Shown here piece after piece: positions 50,162-58,905 of a stretch of DNA of 64,000 bases. The position numbers and the translations under genes are program-made. The stretch covers positions 1-64,000 of the IMG/VR virus record IMGVR_UViG_3300048929_000741; one strand, given 5' to 3'. Below the pieces are notes generated by a model. The model searched no databases. It saw only the letters and a program-made list of their open reading frames with translations, and had not been told where the DNA came from. Source of the stretch: a virus. The first letter of the stretch is position 1, and each line of letters begins with the position of its first letter.

Positions 50162-50348
50162 TAAAACAACTATTGCGAAGGTAAGAGTATATTCCTGTTT
50201 TTAATTATGCTCTTACAAAGAAGGTACGTCAAATTTGACGCAGGGGTACTGCCTATGGGGCAGAGCCAGTATCTTTTAACCCTATTGTAAAATAAAAAGA
50301 TTGACGTTCGACATCAAACGTGATACTGTATATACAGGAGGTGAGAAT

Positions 50349-50540
50349 GTGACCGATGTAAGAGAGGTCTTTATCACGAGGGAAGTTGCTGATGAATTAA
50401 ATTTAACTCCGACATATCTGATTAAGTTAGCAAAAAGAATGGGGTTAAATGAAACGGAAATGCGAGAAGCAGGAAACCGAAATTATTTATTCAGTAAAGA
50501 GGCAGTAGAAAAACTCAAAAATCGTAGTAAAGTCTATTAA
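50349..50540 (+). CDS. Small HTH regulator
   Basis: ITREVADELNLTPTYL; RBS GGAGGTG; TTGACG promoter upstream. Confidence 0.7.
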   Translation: MTDVREVFITREVADELNLTPTYLIKLAKRMGLNETEMREAGNRNYLFSKEAVEKLKNRSKVY

Positions 50541-50689
50541 AAGCACCCGTCCTACCTACCAAGTAACAACGAGTGCTTATCTCGAGGAAAACCTCTATGA
50601 AATATATTATCATAGAGCGTTCTTCCTTTCAAGGCCAAATGGCCATGAGATGTGTTTAAATATGTTTTTTATTATCGGGAGGTATTAAT

Positions 50690-51550
50690 ATGTTGAGCGA
50701 AAGACAACTTACACCCGAAAAAGACCTTATTGGTAAAGATACGATTGAGATTTTTAAGAATGAAGTGATGTGTCTACAATGCCGTGCGTTGTTAAATCCG
50801 GACGGAAGCATTTCCATAAACGCTGAAGATACAGCAATTGGATTAGGGTGGACGCAAGAAAAAGGGAACAAAACCTATGTAAGATGGGAAACACTTAATG
50901 CATATTTAAAAGATTTTGGTTTTTCCCAAGAAGTTGGGAAGGAAGATTTTATTCCAGAGAGTCTGTTTTATATGTTGGGCTTTAAAGCTGGAAATGAACG
51001 GGCAATGAAGTTTCAACAGTGGCTGGCAATGGACGTTCTTCCCTCTATACGTAAAAACGGATTATATGCTACAGATCAAACGATCGATAAAATTCTATCT
51101 AACCCAGATTTTGGAATCCAGTTGCTTACTAATCTGAAAGTGGAAAGAGAAAAGAATAAATTTCTGACTGGACAGATTGAGAAACAGCAACAGGTCATTG
51201 AAGCCCAACAGCCAAAAGTTACGTATTATGATATGGTTTTGCAGTGTACTTCCTTGATTAAGACCACAGATATCGCAAAGGATTACGGGGAAAGTGCGCA
51301 ATGGCTTAACAAGTACTTACATGACAAGGAAATTATTTTCTGGCAGGGAAACCGTAAAAATGGTCGTTACTATTTGTATGCTGATTACGCCCCTATGGGG
51401 TATGCACAATCTCAAACTTACAGTTACCAAAATTCCAAAGGAATGTATGACTCAAAGACACATCTTTATTGGACACAGAAAGGCCGTTATTTTATCTATG
51501 AAACATTGAAAGCAGATGGCATTTTGCCGATTGTGGAAAGAGTTGCATAG
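50690..51550 (+). CDS. Phage antirepressor (Bro-N-like plus ANT/KilAC)
   Basis: FQQWLAMDVLPSIRKNGLY, QPKVTYYD, TDIAKDYG, WTQKGR. Confidence 0.9.
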   Translation: MLSERQLTPEKDLIGKDTIEIFKNEVMCLQCRALLNPDGSISINAEDTAIGLGWTQEKGNKTYVRWETLNAYLKDFGFSQEVGKEDFIPESLFYMLGFKAGNERAMKFQQWLAMDVLPSIRKNGLYATDQTIDKILSNPDFGIQLLTNLKVEREKNKFLTGQIEKQQQVIEAQQPKVTYYDMVLQCTSLIKTTDIAKDYGESAQWLNKYLHDKEIIFWQGNRKNGRYYLYADYAPMGYAQSQTYSYQNSKGMYDSKTHLYWTQKGRYFIYETLKADGILPIVERVA

Positions 51551-51599
51551 AAGATAATCTTACACTTACAAAAGATGAAACCGTAAAGGAGAATGTACC

Positions 51600-51779
51600 A
51601 TGAGTAAATACAGAATGATTGTTTTATATATATTGAGGAGTAACAGCATTAGAGAACTGGAAGATACGTTACATGATGATGCATATTTGAGTACTTTAAA
51701 TGATGGATTTAGAGAATTACTTATAGAAGATATAAAAAAGGTTATTATGGAAAAAGAGATGGAACAAATAACCGCATAA
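51600..51779 (+). CDS. 59-aa hypothetical protein
   Basis: RBS AAAGGAG; followed by a hairpin terminator. Confidence 0.5.
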   Translation: MSKYRMIVLYILRSNSIRELEDTLHDDAYLSTLNDGFRELLIEDIKKVIMEKEMEQITA

Positions 51780-51879
51780 CGATGCATAAGAGAGCGAGGA
51801 TTGATTTCCCCGCTCTTTTCTTCTGCTTTTAAATAAAGAAAAAATTGACAGGCTTTTGTAAATCTGTTATTGTATATAC

Positions 51880-52022
51880 AGCTAAAATTGAAAGAAGGTC
51901 GTATATAGCCACGTTAATATATACATATACAGGGAGTGTTGACATGTCCACCCCGGTGCTTGGTAGCTCTTGGAGCCGTGACCCGTTGTGAAACGTACAC
52001 AACAGGACATGTCTCTTTTTTT
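51880..52022 (+). ncRNA. Candidate sRNA/leader upstream of rha
   Basis: TTGACA(51845)-17-TATTGT; GACATGTCC...GGACATGTC-TCTTTTTTT enclosing a TTGGTAG motif. Confidence 0.45.
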
Positions 52023-52223
52023 GTTTAAAATTCCGGGATTTATTCCTGTGAATATATAGGGGTGAAACTCCTTTCCGGGCATGCTCCGGGAACGCCCCGA
52101 AATAATTTTACTGGCTCTGCGGAATGTAGAGTCGGAAGTGAAAATTTAGGAGGGTACGCTTAGATGGGCAGAGCCGAAATTTTTACTACAGGATAAATTA
52201 AGAAAACACAGACAATTACCACT

Positions 52224-52799
52224 TTGGAAATTGCGGAGATGATGGATGTTCCTCATGCAGATCTTTTAAAGAAATTAGAAGGTCGAAGAGATAGGAAGGG
52301 TTATATCCAAATTTTAGGTGAAGGACAAATGTCCGTTACCGATTATTTTATTAAATCTACATACGTCACAGGACAAAATAAGGAAATGCCTTGCTACCTT
52401 GCCACCAAAATGGGTTGTGATTTTCTGGCCAATAAATTTACCGGGGAAAAAGGAATCCTTTTCACAGCAAAATATGTGAAGAAATTCCATGAGATGGAAG
52501 CGGCTTTTACACCGAAACGCCCTCAAACATACATTGAGGCATTAGAAGAGCTTTTACAGTCAGAAAAGCAAAAAGAACAGCTTCGATTGGAATTGGATCG
52601 TAGCAAAGACTGGTATTCCATTAAACGGGTGGCCGCTCTAAATGGAGTTGACTGGAGAACCTTTGATTGGCGAAAGTTGAAGCGTACTGGTTTGGATATG
52701 GGATATGAAGTCAAAAAGATTTTCGATGCCAATTATGGCGAGGTCAATACATATCACCGGGAAGTATGGGAAGCAGTATATCCCGAATATGAAATTTAA
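52224..52799 (+). CDS. Rha family phage regulatory protein (start uncertain)
   Basis: GCDFLANKFTGEKGILFTAKYVKKFHEME, PQTYIEAL. Confidence 0.85.
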   Translation: MEIAEMMDVPHADLLKKLEGRRDRKGYIQILGEGQMSVTDYFIKSTYVTGQNKEMPCYLATKMGCDFLANKFTGEKGILFTAKYVKKFHEMEAAFTPKRPQTYIEALEELLQSEKQKEQLRLELDRSKDWYSIKRVAALNGVDWRTFDWRKLKRTGLDMGYEVKKIFDANYGEVNTYHREVWEAVYPEYEI

Positions 52800-52868
52800 T
52801 AAAGAAATGTATTTAGAAAGGACGTCTTTAACCGGGCGTTCTTTTTCTATGCCCGAAAGGAGGAGCTC

Positions 52869-53054
52869 ATGAAAAATATAATTGCATATACCGAGGATCA
52901 GGTAAAACAAATTGTTGGACTTTTAAACGGTGTGACCGTTGCTGGTATCCAGAATTCTAAGCAGATTGCTGCAGTTGCTCAGATTTTGGATTCAGGAACG
53001 CCGGGAGAAATAAAGGATCCGGTCAAAACAACAGAAGTGTGCCGCTCAAAATAA
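52869..53054 (+). CDS. Small tail-region protein
   Basis: RBS AAGGAGGAG. Confidence 0.6.
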   Translation: MKNIIAYTEDQVKQIVGLLNGVTVAGIQNSKQIAAVAQILDSGTPGEIKDPVKTTEVCRSK

Positions 53055-53088
53055 TGCTAGACCAGCAAAAGGAATGGGGTGAAGTTAA

Positions 53089-54207
53089 ATGGGATATCAA
53101 CCTTTTCATGTTCTAAGAAACTGGCTGAATTTACCTTCTCAAAAGACTCCTATTAATGCATTGAGTCTAAACTATATGGATAATGGCATTAAGGAATTGG
53201 ACAACAGAACTGTCCAGTTAGATGCAAATAAAGCAGAGAAATCATCACTAAATACTTTGGTTAAAGATGTAACGCTGGATACAAACACAGGAATACTTAC
53301 CGTTACTTTACAGAATGGTACCGTAAAAACATACGATCTGGACATTGAGAAAGTAGTTACTAACTTTGATATAAACGATCAAAATCAGCTTGTATTAACT
53401 CTGGCAGATGGAACACAGAAAGTGATTGATCTGACACGGTTCGTTTATTCCGTGGAAAGCACTGCCACGATTTCCATGACAATCACTGACCGGGTCATGA
53501 GGGCGGTTATTGTAGATGGATCTGTGACTATGGATAAACTTGAGGCAGCCATTCAGACAGAATTTAGACAGTATTTGCTTGACGCTCAGTCGGCCCGTGA
53601 TGCCGCACTCAATTATCAGAAGTTTGCAAAGCGGTATACTTTGGGTGACCCGGATTTTCCGGGAAGCGAGAATGATTGCGCGAAGTTTTATTATGAACAG
53701 GTAAAGGGGGATTCCGCTACCTCCAGCCAGAATGCTCAGCAGGCCGCAGACAGCGCAGCAGTATCAACCACACAGGCGGGAATCGCTACTACTAAGGCGG
53801 CAACGGCCACTGCAGCAGCAAATCAGACAGCGGCAGATGTTTTAACCACAACTCAGAAAGCAGCGGCAGCTGGCGCCAGCGAGCAGGTGGCAAGGGATAA
53901 GGCAGCGGAGGCAGTATCAAGCCAGACGGCAGCGGGGCAGAGCGCAACAGCGGCACAGGCCAGTGCATTAGAAGCTAAAAGCCTTACCCGTGGAGGAGTT
54001 GTCCCAGAAGACGCTGAGGACAATGCAAGATGGTACTGGCAGCAGGTGCAGGATCTAAAGAAGCAGATTGACCAAGCGGCTAAAATATCAATACCACAAT
54101 TTTATGTTGATATGAGTAAAATGCAACTTAAGAGCAATACGGCAGCAAAGGGTATTAGTTTTAGAATGGAAGCAGGTAAATTTATTGGAAAGGAGATCAT
54201 GCAATAA
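53089..54207 (+). CDS. Tail fibre/baseplate protein
   Basis: TPINALSLNYMDNGI, Ala-rich coiled coil, DNARWY. Confidence 0.75.
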   Translation: MGYQPFHVLRNWLNLPSQKTPINALSLNYMDNGIKELDNRTVQLDANKAEKSSLNTLVKDVTLDTNTGILTVTLQNGTVKTYDLDIEKVVTNFDINDQNQLVLTLADGTQKVIDLTRFVYSVESTATISMTITDRVMRAVIVDGSVTMDKLEAAIQTEFRQYLLDAQSARDAALNYQKFAKRYTLGDPDFPGSENDCAKFYYEQVKGDSATSSQNAQQAADSAAVSTTQAGIATTKAATATAAANQTAADVLTTTQKAAAAGASEQVARDKAAEAVSSQTAAGQSATAAQASALEAKSLTRGGVVPEDAEDNARWYWQQVQDLKKQIDQAAKISIPQFYVDMSKMQLKSNTAAKGISFRMEAGKFIGKEIMQ

Positions 54208-55169
54208 TGATTGAATCAGATGAAGTTATATATGGAACGATAGGAATGCTTCCTGATGGGGAGTTTGATCCTGATAAAAAGTATGAGCTGTTAAATTTAG
54301 TATCCTATGATGGTAGCAGTTATGTGGTACACACTGATCCGCCTAAGGGTACTCCGCCGACTGATTTAAACTACTGGCAAGTATCAGCACTGGGAACCAG
54401 CAAGGCCACGGCTGACAGCGTGGGTACAGTTAAGCCAGACGGCACAACAACGGAGGTAAGTACTGACGGCAGTCTGAGCGTAAAGACAGCCACGCAGAAC
54501 ACCCTGGGGCTGGTAAAGGGCAGTAATGGAATTACGGTAGGATCTGATGGGAGCATCGATATAAACACGCTCTTCACGCAAGCTACGGAGTTGGCCAACA
54601 TCATAGCAGGGGAAGCTATTGCTTCTGTATTTGGGAAAGTAGCTAAATCCATAGCTGTAACAATGGGATTGAATGAAAATGCCCTGCTTAAGAATATGCT
54701 GACCAACATGGATGCAAATGATCAGAATAAGGTCCCAACGTCAGCATTTGTGCATACCCTCTGGGCGCGGATCGGCATGGGTGAAGATCTGGATATCGGT
54801 GCGAATTTGACCGCAGTGGTTAAAGCGCTAAATAGCAATTTAAGTAACACATCAAGTGTAACTGTTACAGCCCCTAGCGGGTTTGGAGGCACGGTAAATG
54901 TGGAATTAATAAAAACTGGTAATCAAGTTGATTGCCGAATAACGGTAAATAACAGCGGTGATATTCCGTCAGTAACTGCAATCACTAATGTCATTACTGA
55001 AGCTTACCGCCCTAAAACACAAGTATTTATTGTGCTAAGAAAAAACAATTCAGACAGCACCGCAGCCGTTATGTATTCGAACACTATAAATGCAATTAGA
55101 TCAACCGATCAACCAATTTCCGCTGGGACTTGGTATGGCTTCGCACATTGGTCTACTGCAACTTACTAA
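54207..55169 (+). CDS. Tail fibre/receptor-binding protein with exchangeable C-terminus
   Basis: Y..LNLVSYDGSSYV, GTVKPDGTT, LGLVKG; LNSNL junction at 54828. Confidence 0.82.
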   Translation: MIESDEVIYGTIGMLPDGEFDPDKKYELLNLVSYDGSSYVVHTDPPKGTPPTDLNYWQVSALGTSKATADSVGTVKPDGTTTEVSTDGSLSVKTATQNTLGLVKGSNGITVGSDGSIDINTLFTQATELANIIAGEAIASVFGKVAKSIAVTMGLNENALLKNMLTNMDANDQNKVPTSAFVHTLWARIGMGEDLDIGANLTAVVKALNSNLSNTSSVTVTAPSGFGGTVNVELIKTGNQVDCRITVNNSGDIPSVTAITNVITEAYRPKTQVFIVLRKNNSDSTAAVMYSNTINAIRSTDQPISAGTWYGFAHWSTATY

Positions 55170-55569
55170 ATGATCATTTATTCAAGTGGAATAACTAAGT
55201 AATCTATGTAAGCGTATCTGTTGTCAGAACTAGCGTATATCGTTGTAGCCCAGTTACTACTTGATCCCACCGTGATGGTAAATTGTTTACCTGCATCGGC
55301 AATTTTTACCACCTGTGGAGTAAAAAGACGACGGACATCTGAGACTAAATCCACGAAAGCATAATGACAGTTATCAAAGAAAAACTCAACAGCTCCGTTT
55401 GTGTTTCTGGAAAATTCCATAGATCCTAATGCTACTACAATAGATTTTTGAGGTACAGTATAGCTCAACTCAGTTATTGGCTCCCAATTGGTATTATTAA
55501 ATATTTTGTTGGATTGTATTGTTTTCCTCACAGTATAAGCTGATTTTATCTTATTTAAATTGCTATTTA
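54829..55569. mobile_element. Invertible tail-fibre segment (shufflon)
   Basis: Perfect 15-bp IR TAAATAGCAATTTAA at 54829-54843 and 55555-55569; two convergent LNSNL-starting C-termini. Confidence 0.85.
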
Positions 55570-55570
55570 A
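55178..55570 (-). other. Silent alternative tail-fibre C-terminal cassette (about 130 aa)
   Basis: Open from LNSNLNKIKS to LVIPLE*; no RBS or start of its own. Confidence 0.8.
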
Positions 55571-55748
55571 CGTAGAACCGGAGCTGTCCGAAAAAACAGC
55601 AGAAAGGGAAATTATGATACAAATAATTGTAACATGTATAATAACAGCAATTATAACTTCTCTATTAACGACAAAAATATTAGCCACCTACTATTTTAAA
55701 ATAATAGATGGCTATGTAAGTAATATGGTTGAAATGTCAAAAGATTTA

Positions 55749-56525
55749 TTACGGACAACATATTTGAAGAAATGAAATACCTAAGGAGGTTAATTGAATA
55801 ACACGTTTTTCTAATTTTAAATTAGGATTAGGATGTATTGATGTATAATTATTTAAAAATTCTTCATATACATCATATGCATTTGGCTGTTCGAGATATT
55901 GATTATACAAACTTTCTATTAATCCAAGTCTGGTTAAAGAGGAAATGGATTGAGATGATTCTTGCATTTTAGTACAATCTGGATTCATTAAAAAAAGATT
56001 GGTAATTACATAACTATAAGTGGGCTTTTCGGACTTAATTAACTTAACATCGCAAACTGGTAGATATCTTTTGTCCTGTAACAATAATAAGTTTTGTGCG
56101 TCTAAAGTCGACATCGTTTTTAATAGTTCTCCAAATGAAGGGTGTACTAAATCACTTTTACGGTTATCAATAGAAGCAGAAATCAAATTAGAGAACATTT
56201 CTCTTAATTCGTCTTCTTCAACACAGTATTTTGAATTTTCTAATGCTGGCATAATCGTTTGGATTTTACCCTCAATACGATTTTCTTCTGGTATTTTAGC
56301 AATTTTATCTTCTAATGATTTTTTGAAGATTTCTAAATCAAGTGCATATTTGATTTTTCGCTTTTCTGCCATTTGAGAGATTCCACCGAAAACTAAGTAC
56401 CAGCAGTCGGCTAAAGTTTGTCCTGCATTTTTAGTTGGTAAATCCGTTAGGTTCTTAGCGGCATTATCAACCGAATCGGGAACTTCTACATTTAATAAAG
56501 AAAAATTATTTGTTGTTTCTGACAT
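55749..56525 (-). CDS. Abi-alpha/DUF4393-like protein
   Basis: LREMFSNLISASID...VHPSFGELLKTMSTLDA, LTRLGLI, LTSLGISFLQIC. Confidence 0.75.
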   Translation of the reverse strand: MSETTNNFSLLNVEVPDSVDNAAKNLTDLPTKNAGQTLADCWYLVFGGISQMAEKRKIKYALDLEIFKKSLEDKIAKIPEENRIEGKIQTIMPALENSKYCVEEDELREMFSNLISASIDNRKSDLVHPSFGELLKTMSTLDAQNLLLLQDKRYLPVCDVKLIKSEKPTYSYVITNLFLMNPDCTKMQESSQSISSLTRLGLIESLYNQYLEQPNAYDVYEEFLNNYTSIHPNPNLKLEKRVIQLTSLGISFLQICCP

Positions 56526-56699
56526 ATTAACACGACCTTTCAATTTGATAATAATATCTTATCAGATTGTGAAGAAATAACAATGATTTTGTAGGAAATG
56601 TTGTTATGAATTTTGCTATTTAACGAACTAAATAAACTTGTAAACCAGTCCCGTACCGGGTCTTATTTTTATGCCCAAGAGGCGGAAAGGAATTTAATC

Positions 56700-57125
56700 A
56701 TGAGTAATATTGAAAAAATAAAGTTTGGGGATCAGCCTTTTGATCTGGTTCCTAACGGGGTGAAACTGGAAGAAACCGGAGGAACAATAACCTTTCAGAA
56801 AGGACCGGCCTCCTTTGACAGCATCAAGGCGCTTTTAAAAGCCAATGGTGAAATCGCTCAGACAGGTTTGTCTGGCAATACTGTTTGGGTTCGTGAAGAT
56901 TTGGTATATGCAAAAAGATTAACAGAAGAGTCTGATTATGTGATCGGTAAGGATGAGGACGGAGTAACGGATATCAAGGCGGATGTAATGATTGCCTATT
57001 TTAAGACTCCTGATCTGAATGATCGGGTAGCAGCATTGGAAGCAGAGAATGCGGAAATTAAAAAGGATAATGAATCCTTAAAAACAACCGTTGGTACTTT
57101 AGTTTTATCAAGTCTGGAGGTGTAA
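56700..57125 (+). CDS. Tail-associated hypothetical protein (XkdW-like position)
   Basis: RBS; C-terminal coiled coil. Confidence 0.6.
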   Translation: MSNIEKIKFGDQPFDLVPNGVKLEETGGTITFQKGPASFDSIKALLKANGEIAQTGLSGNTVWVREDLVYAKRLTEESDYVIGKDEDGVTDIKADVMIAYFKTPDLNDRVAALEAENAEIKKDNESLKTTVGTLVLSSLEV

Positions 57126-57127
57126 GT

Positions 57128-57259
57128 ATGTTTGAAATGTTAATGTGGCTATATGATGGTGGCAAAGGTAAACTTACGGTCACTATGTTATCAAATGCAG
57201 TAATTAAGGGCTGGATCACTGATACAGAAAAGCAGGAGATATTGGCAACTAAAAAATAA
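57128..57259 (+). CDS. XkdX-like small protein
   Basis: AVIKGWITDTEKQEI; RBS GGAGGTG. Confidence 0.65.
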   Translation: MFEMLMWLYDGGKGKLTVTMLSNAVIKGWITDTEKQEILATKK

Positions 57260-57277
57260 TGAAACGGAGGTGCCGCC

Positions 57278-57592
57278 ATGACAGAAACGGAGGTTGCCGT
57301 TAAATTGGAAGCGCATGAGCATGAAATTAAATCATTAAAACATCGGATGGAAGATCAGGAGGCACAGAGTAAGACAATCCAGGAACTGGTTTTGTCAGTT
57401 AAAGAACTGGCTCTAAATATGCAGGCCATGTTAAAAGAGCAGGGAAGCCAAGGAGAAAGACTGGCAAAGCTTGAAGCTGCACCCGGAGAAGCGTGGAGTA
57501 GCATGAAACGTACAATCATTAATACAATAGTAGGGGCAGGAGCCGGAGCACTTGCTACCGGGATATTTTATATTATAGCTCAAAATTTATAA
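57278..57592 (+). CDS. Coiled-coil plus C-terminal TM lysis-region protein
   Basis: Position before the holin; C-terminal TM. Confidence 0.6.
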   Translation: MTETEVAVKLEAHEHEIKSLKHRMEDQEAQSKTIQELVLSVKELALNMQAMLKEQGSQGERLAKLEAAPGEAWSSMKRTIINTIVGAGAGALATGIFYIIAQNL

Positions 57593-57605
57593 GGAGGGAA
57601 AAGGA

Positions 57606-57806
57606 ATGAACAAAGAATATTTAGTAAAATGGGGTAAGGCTGCAGGAATCAGGGCAATTAAAACTATGGCACAAACCGCTATAGCCACAATAGGCACCAC
57701 AGCAGCAATGTCAGAAGTTAACTGGGTTATGGTAACTTCTACTGCTGGATTGGCAGGTATCATATCGGTTCTAACATCATTAGCCGGTTTACCTGAATTA
57801 AAATAG
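57606..57806 (+). CDS. Holin (r1t type)
   Basis: AAGIRAIKTMAQTA...SVLTSLAGLPE. Confidence 0.9.
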   Translation: MNKEYLVKWGKAAGIRAIKTMAQTAIATIGTTAAMSEVNWVMVTSTAGLAGIISVLTSLAGLPELK

Positions 57807-57894
57807 CTTGTTGCGACCGTCGCAACGGTTGTAATGTTACAATTTTTATGGACCTGGGACAATCCTGGGTCCTTTTTCGATTGGAGGAAAATAT

Positions 57895-58662
57895 ATGCAG
57901 ATCAATAAATTACTTACACCCTATAACTACAGCAATGGCGAATTGAACCGTATTAAATATATCGTAATTCATTATGTGGGAGCGCTGGGAGGAGCAGAGG
58001 CTAACTGTAGATACTATGCTTCACAGTATGTTGGTGCCAGTGCTCACTACTTTGTAGGCTTTTCCGGAGGAATCTGGCAGTCCGTTGAAGACAAAAATAT
58101 TGCATGGCATTGCGGAGCCAAAACCTATATCCATCCTGAATGTCGCAACAGCAACAGCATTGGCATTGAGCTGTGTGTCAGAAACAAAGGCAGCCAGTCC
58201 GATACCAGCCGGGACTGGTATTTTGAAGATGCAACAGTTCAGGCAGCCATTGAATTAACCAAAGATCTCATGGCGAAGTATAACGTACCTGCAGATCGTG
58301 TAATCCGGCATTATGATGTGACTGGGAAGATCTGTCCGAACCCTTATGTCTATAATCATACGCAGCACACATGGGAGGATTTTAAGGCAGCACTGGTGAA
58401 AATACCAACTGAATATACTAAGGGCTGGAACCATGATAAAAATGGCTGGTGGTATGCTGATACGAAAATTACTTACCATAAATTTTGTTGGCAGATAATC
58501 AATGGCCATAAGTACTATTTTAATCCGGACGGATACGCTGTTACCGGTTGGCAGGAGATAGATGGTAAATGGTATTACTTTGAGCCCAGAGCCGGCCATA
58601 ACCTGGAGTGTGCGCTGTATGTATCAGATCAGGAAGGAGCGCAGCGTATTGGTGAGTTTTGA
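57895..58662 (+). CDS. Endolysin: N-acetylmuramoyl-L-alanine amidase with cell-wall-binding repeats
   Basis: YIVIHY, SAHYFV, AWHCG, SIGIE, RHYDVTGKICP; GW...WYYF repeats. Confidence 0.92.
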   Translation: MQINKLLTPYNYSNGELNRIKYIVIHYVGALGGAEANCRYYASQYVGASAHYFVGFSGGIWQSVEDKNIAWHCGAKTYIHPECRNSNSIGIELCVRNKGSQSDTSRDWYFEDATVQAAIELTKDLMAKYNVPADRVIRHYDVTGKICPNPYVYNHTQHTWEDFKAALVKIPTEYTKGWNHDKNGWWYADTKITYHKFCWQIINGHKYYFNPDGYAVTGWQEIDGKWYYFEPRAGHNLECALYVSDQEGAQRIGEF

Positions 58663-58905
58663 GATTAGTGAAATAGTGCTATATTTGTTTGGCAAGGTTA
58701 CCAATTGCCCAGGTTGATATAAGATGATAATATGAATGCATTCTAAAACATAAATCAAATGCTGAAATCCCAGAATACTATAATCGATTATATTAAAAAT
58801 TTACAAGTCATATGTTACATTCTAATGGCTTTCTTTTCTGCACTTATTTATTGCTTAGAATGATAATACAACAATTACAAAAGATAAATTTTGGAGGTAT
58901 ATTGT

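Noticed and set aside
53089-55570. Diversity-generating retroelement acting on the tail fibre
   Set aside because: No reverse transcriptase and no TR/VR pair seen; variation is by cassettes
55571-55687. N-terminal extension of track ORF 55178..55687
   Set aside because: No RBS; only the part from LNSNL onward looks like a cassette
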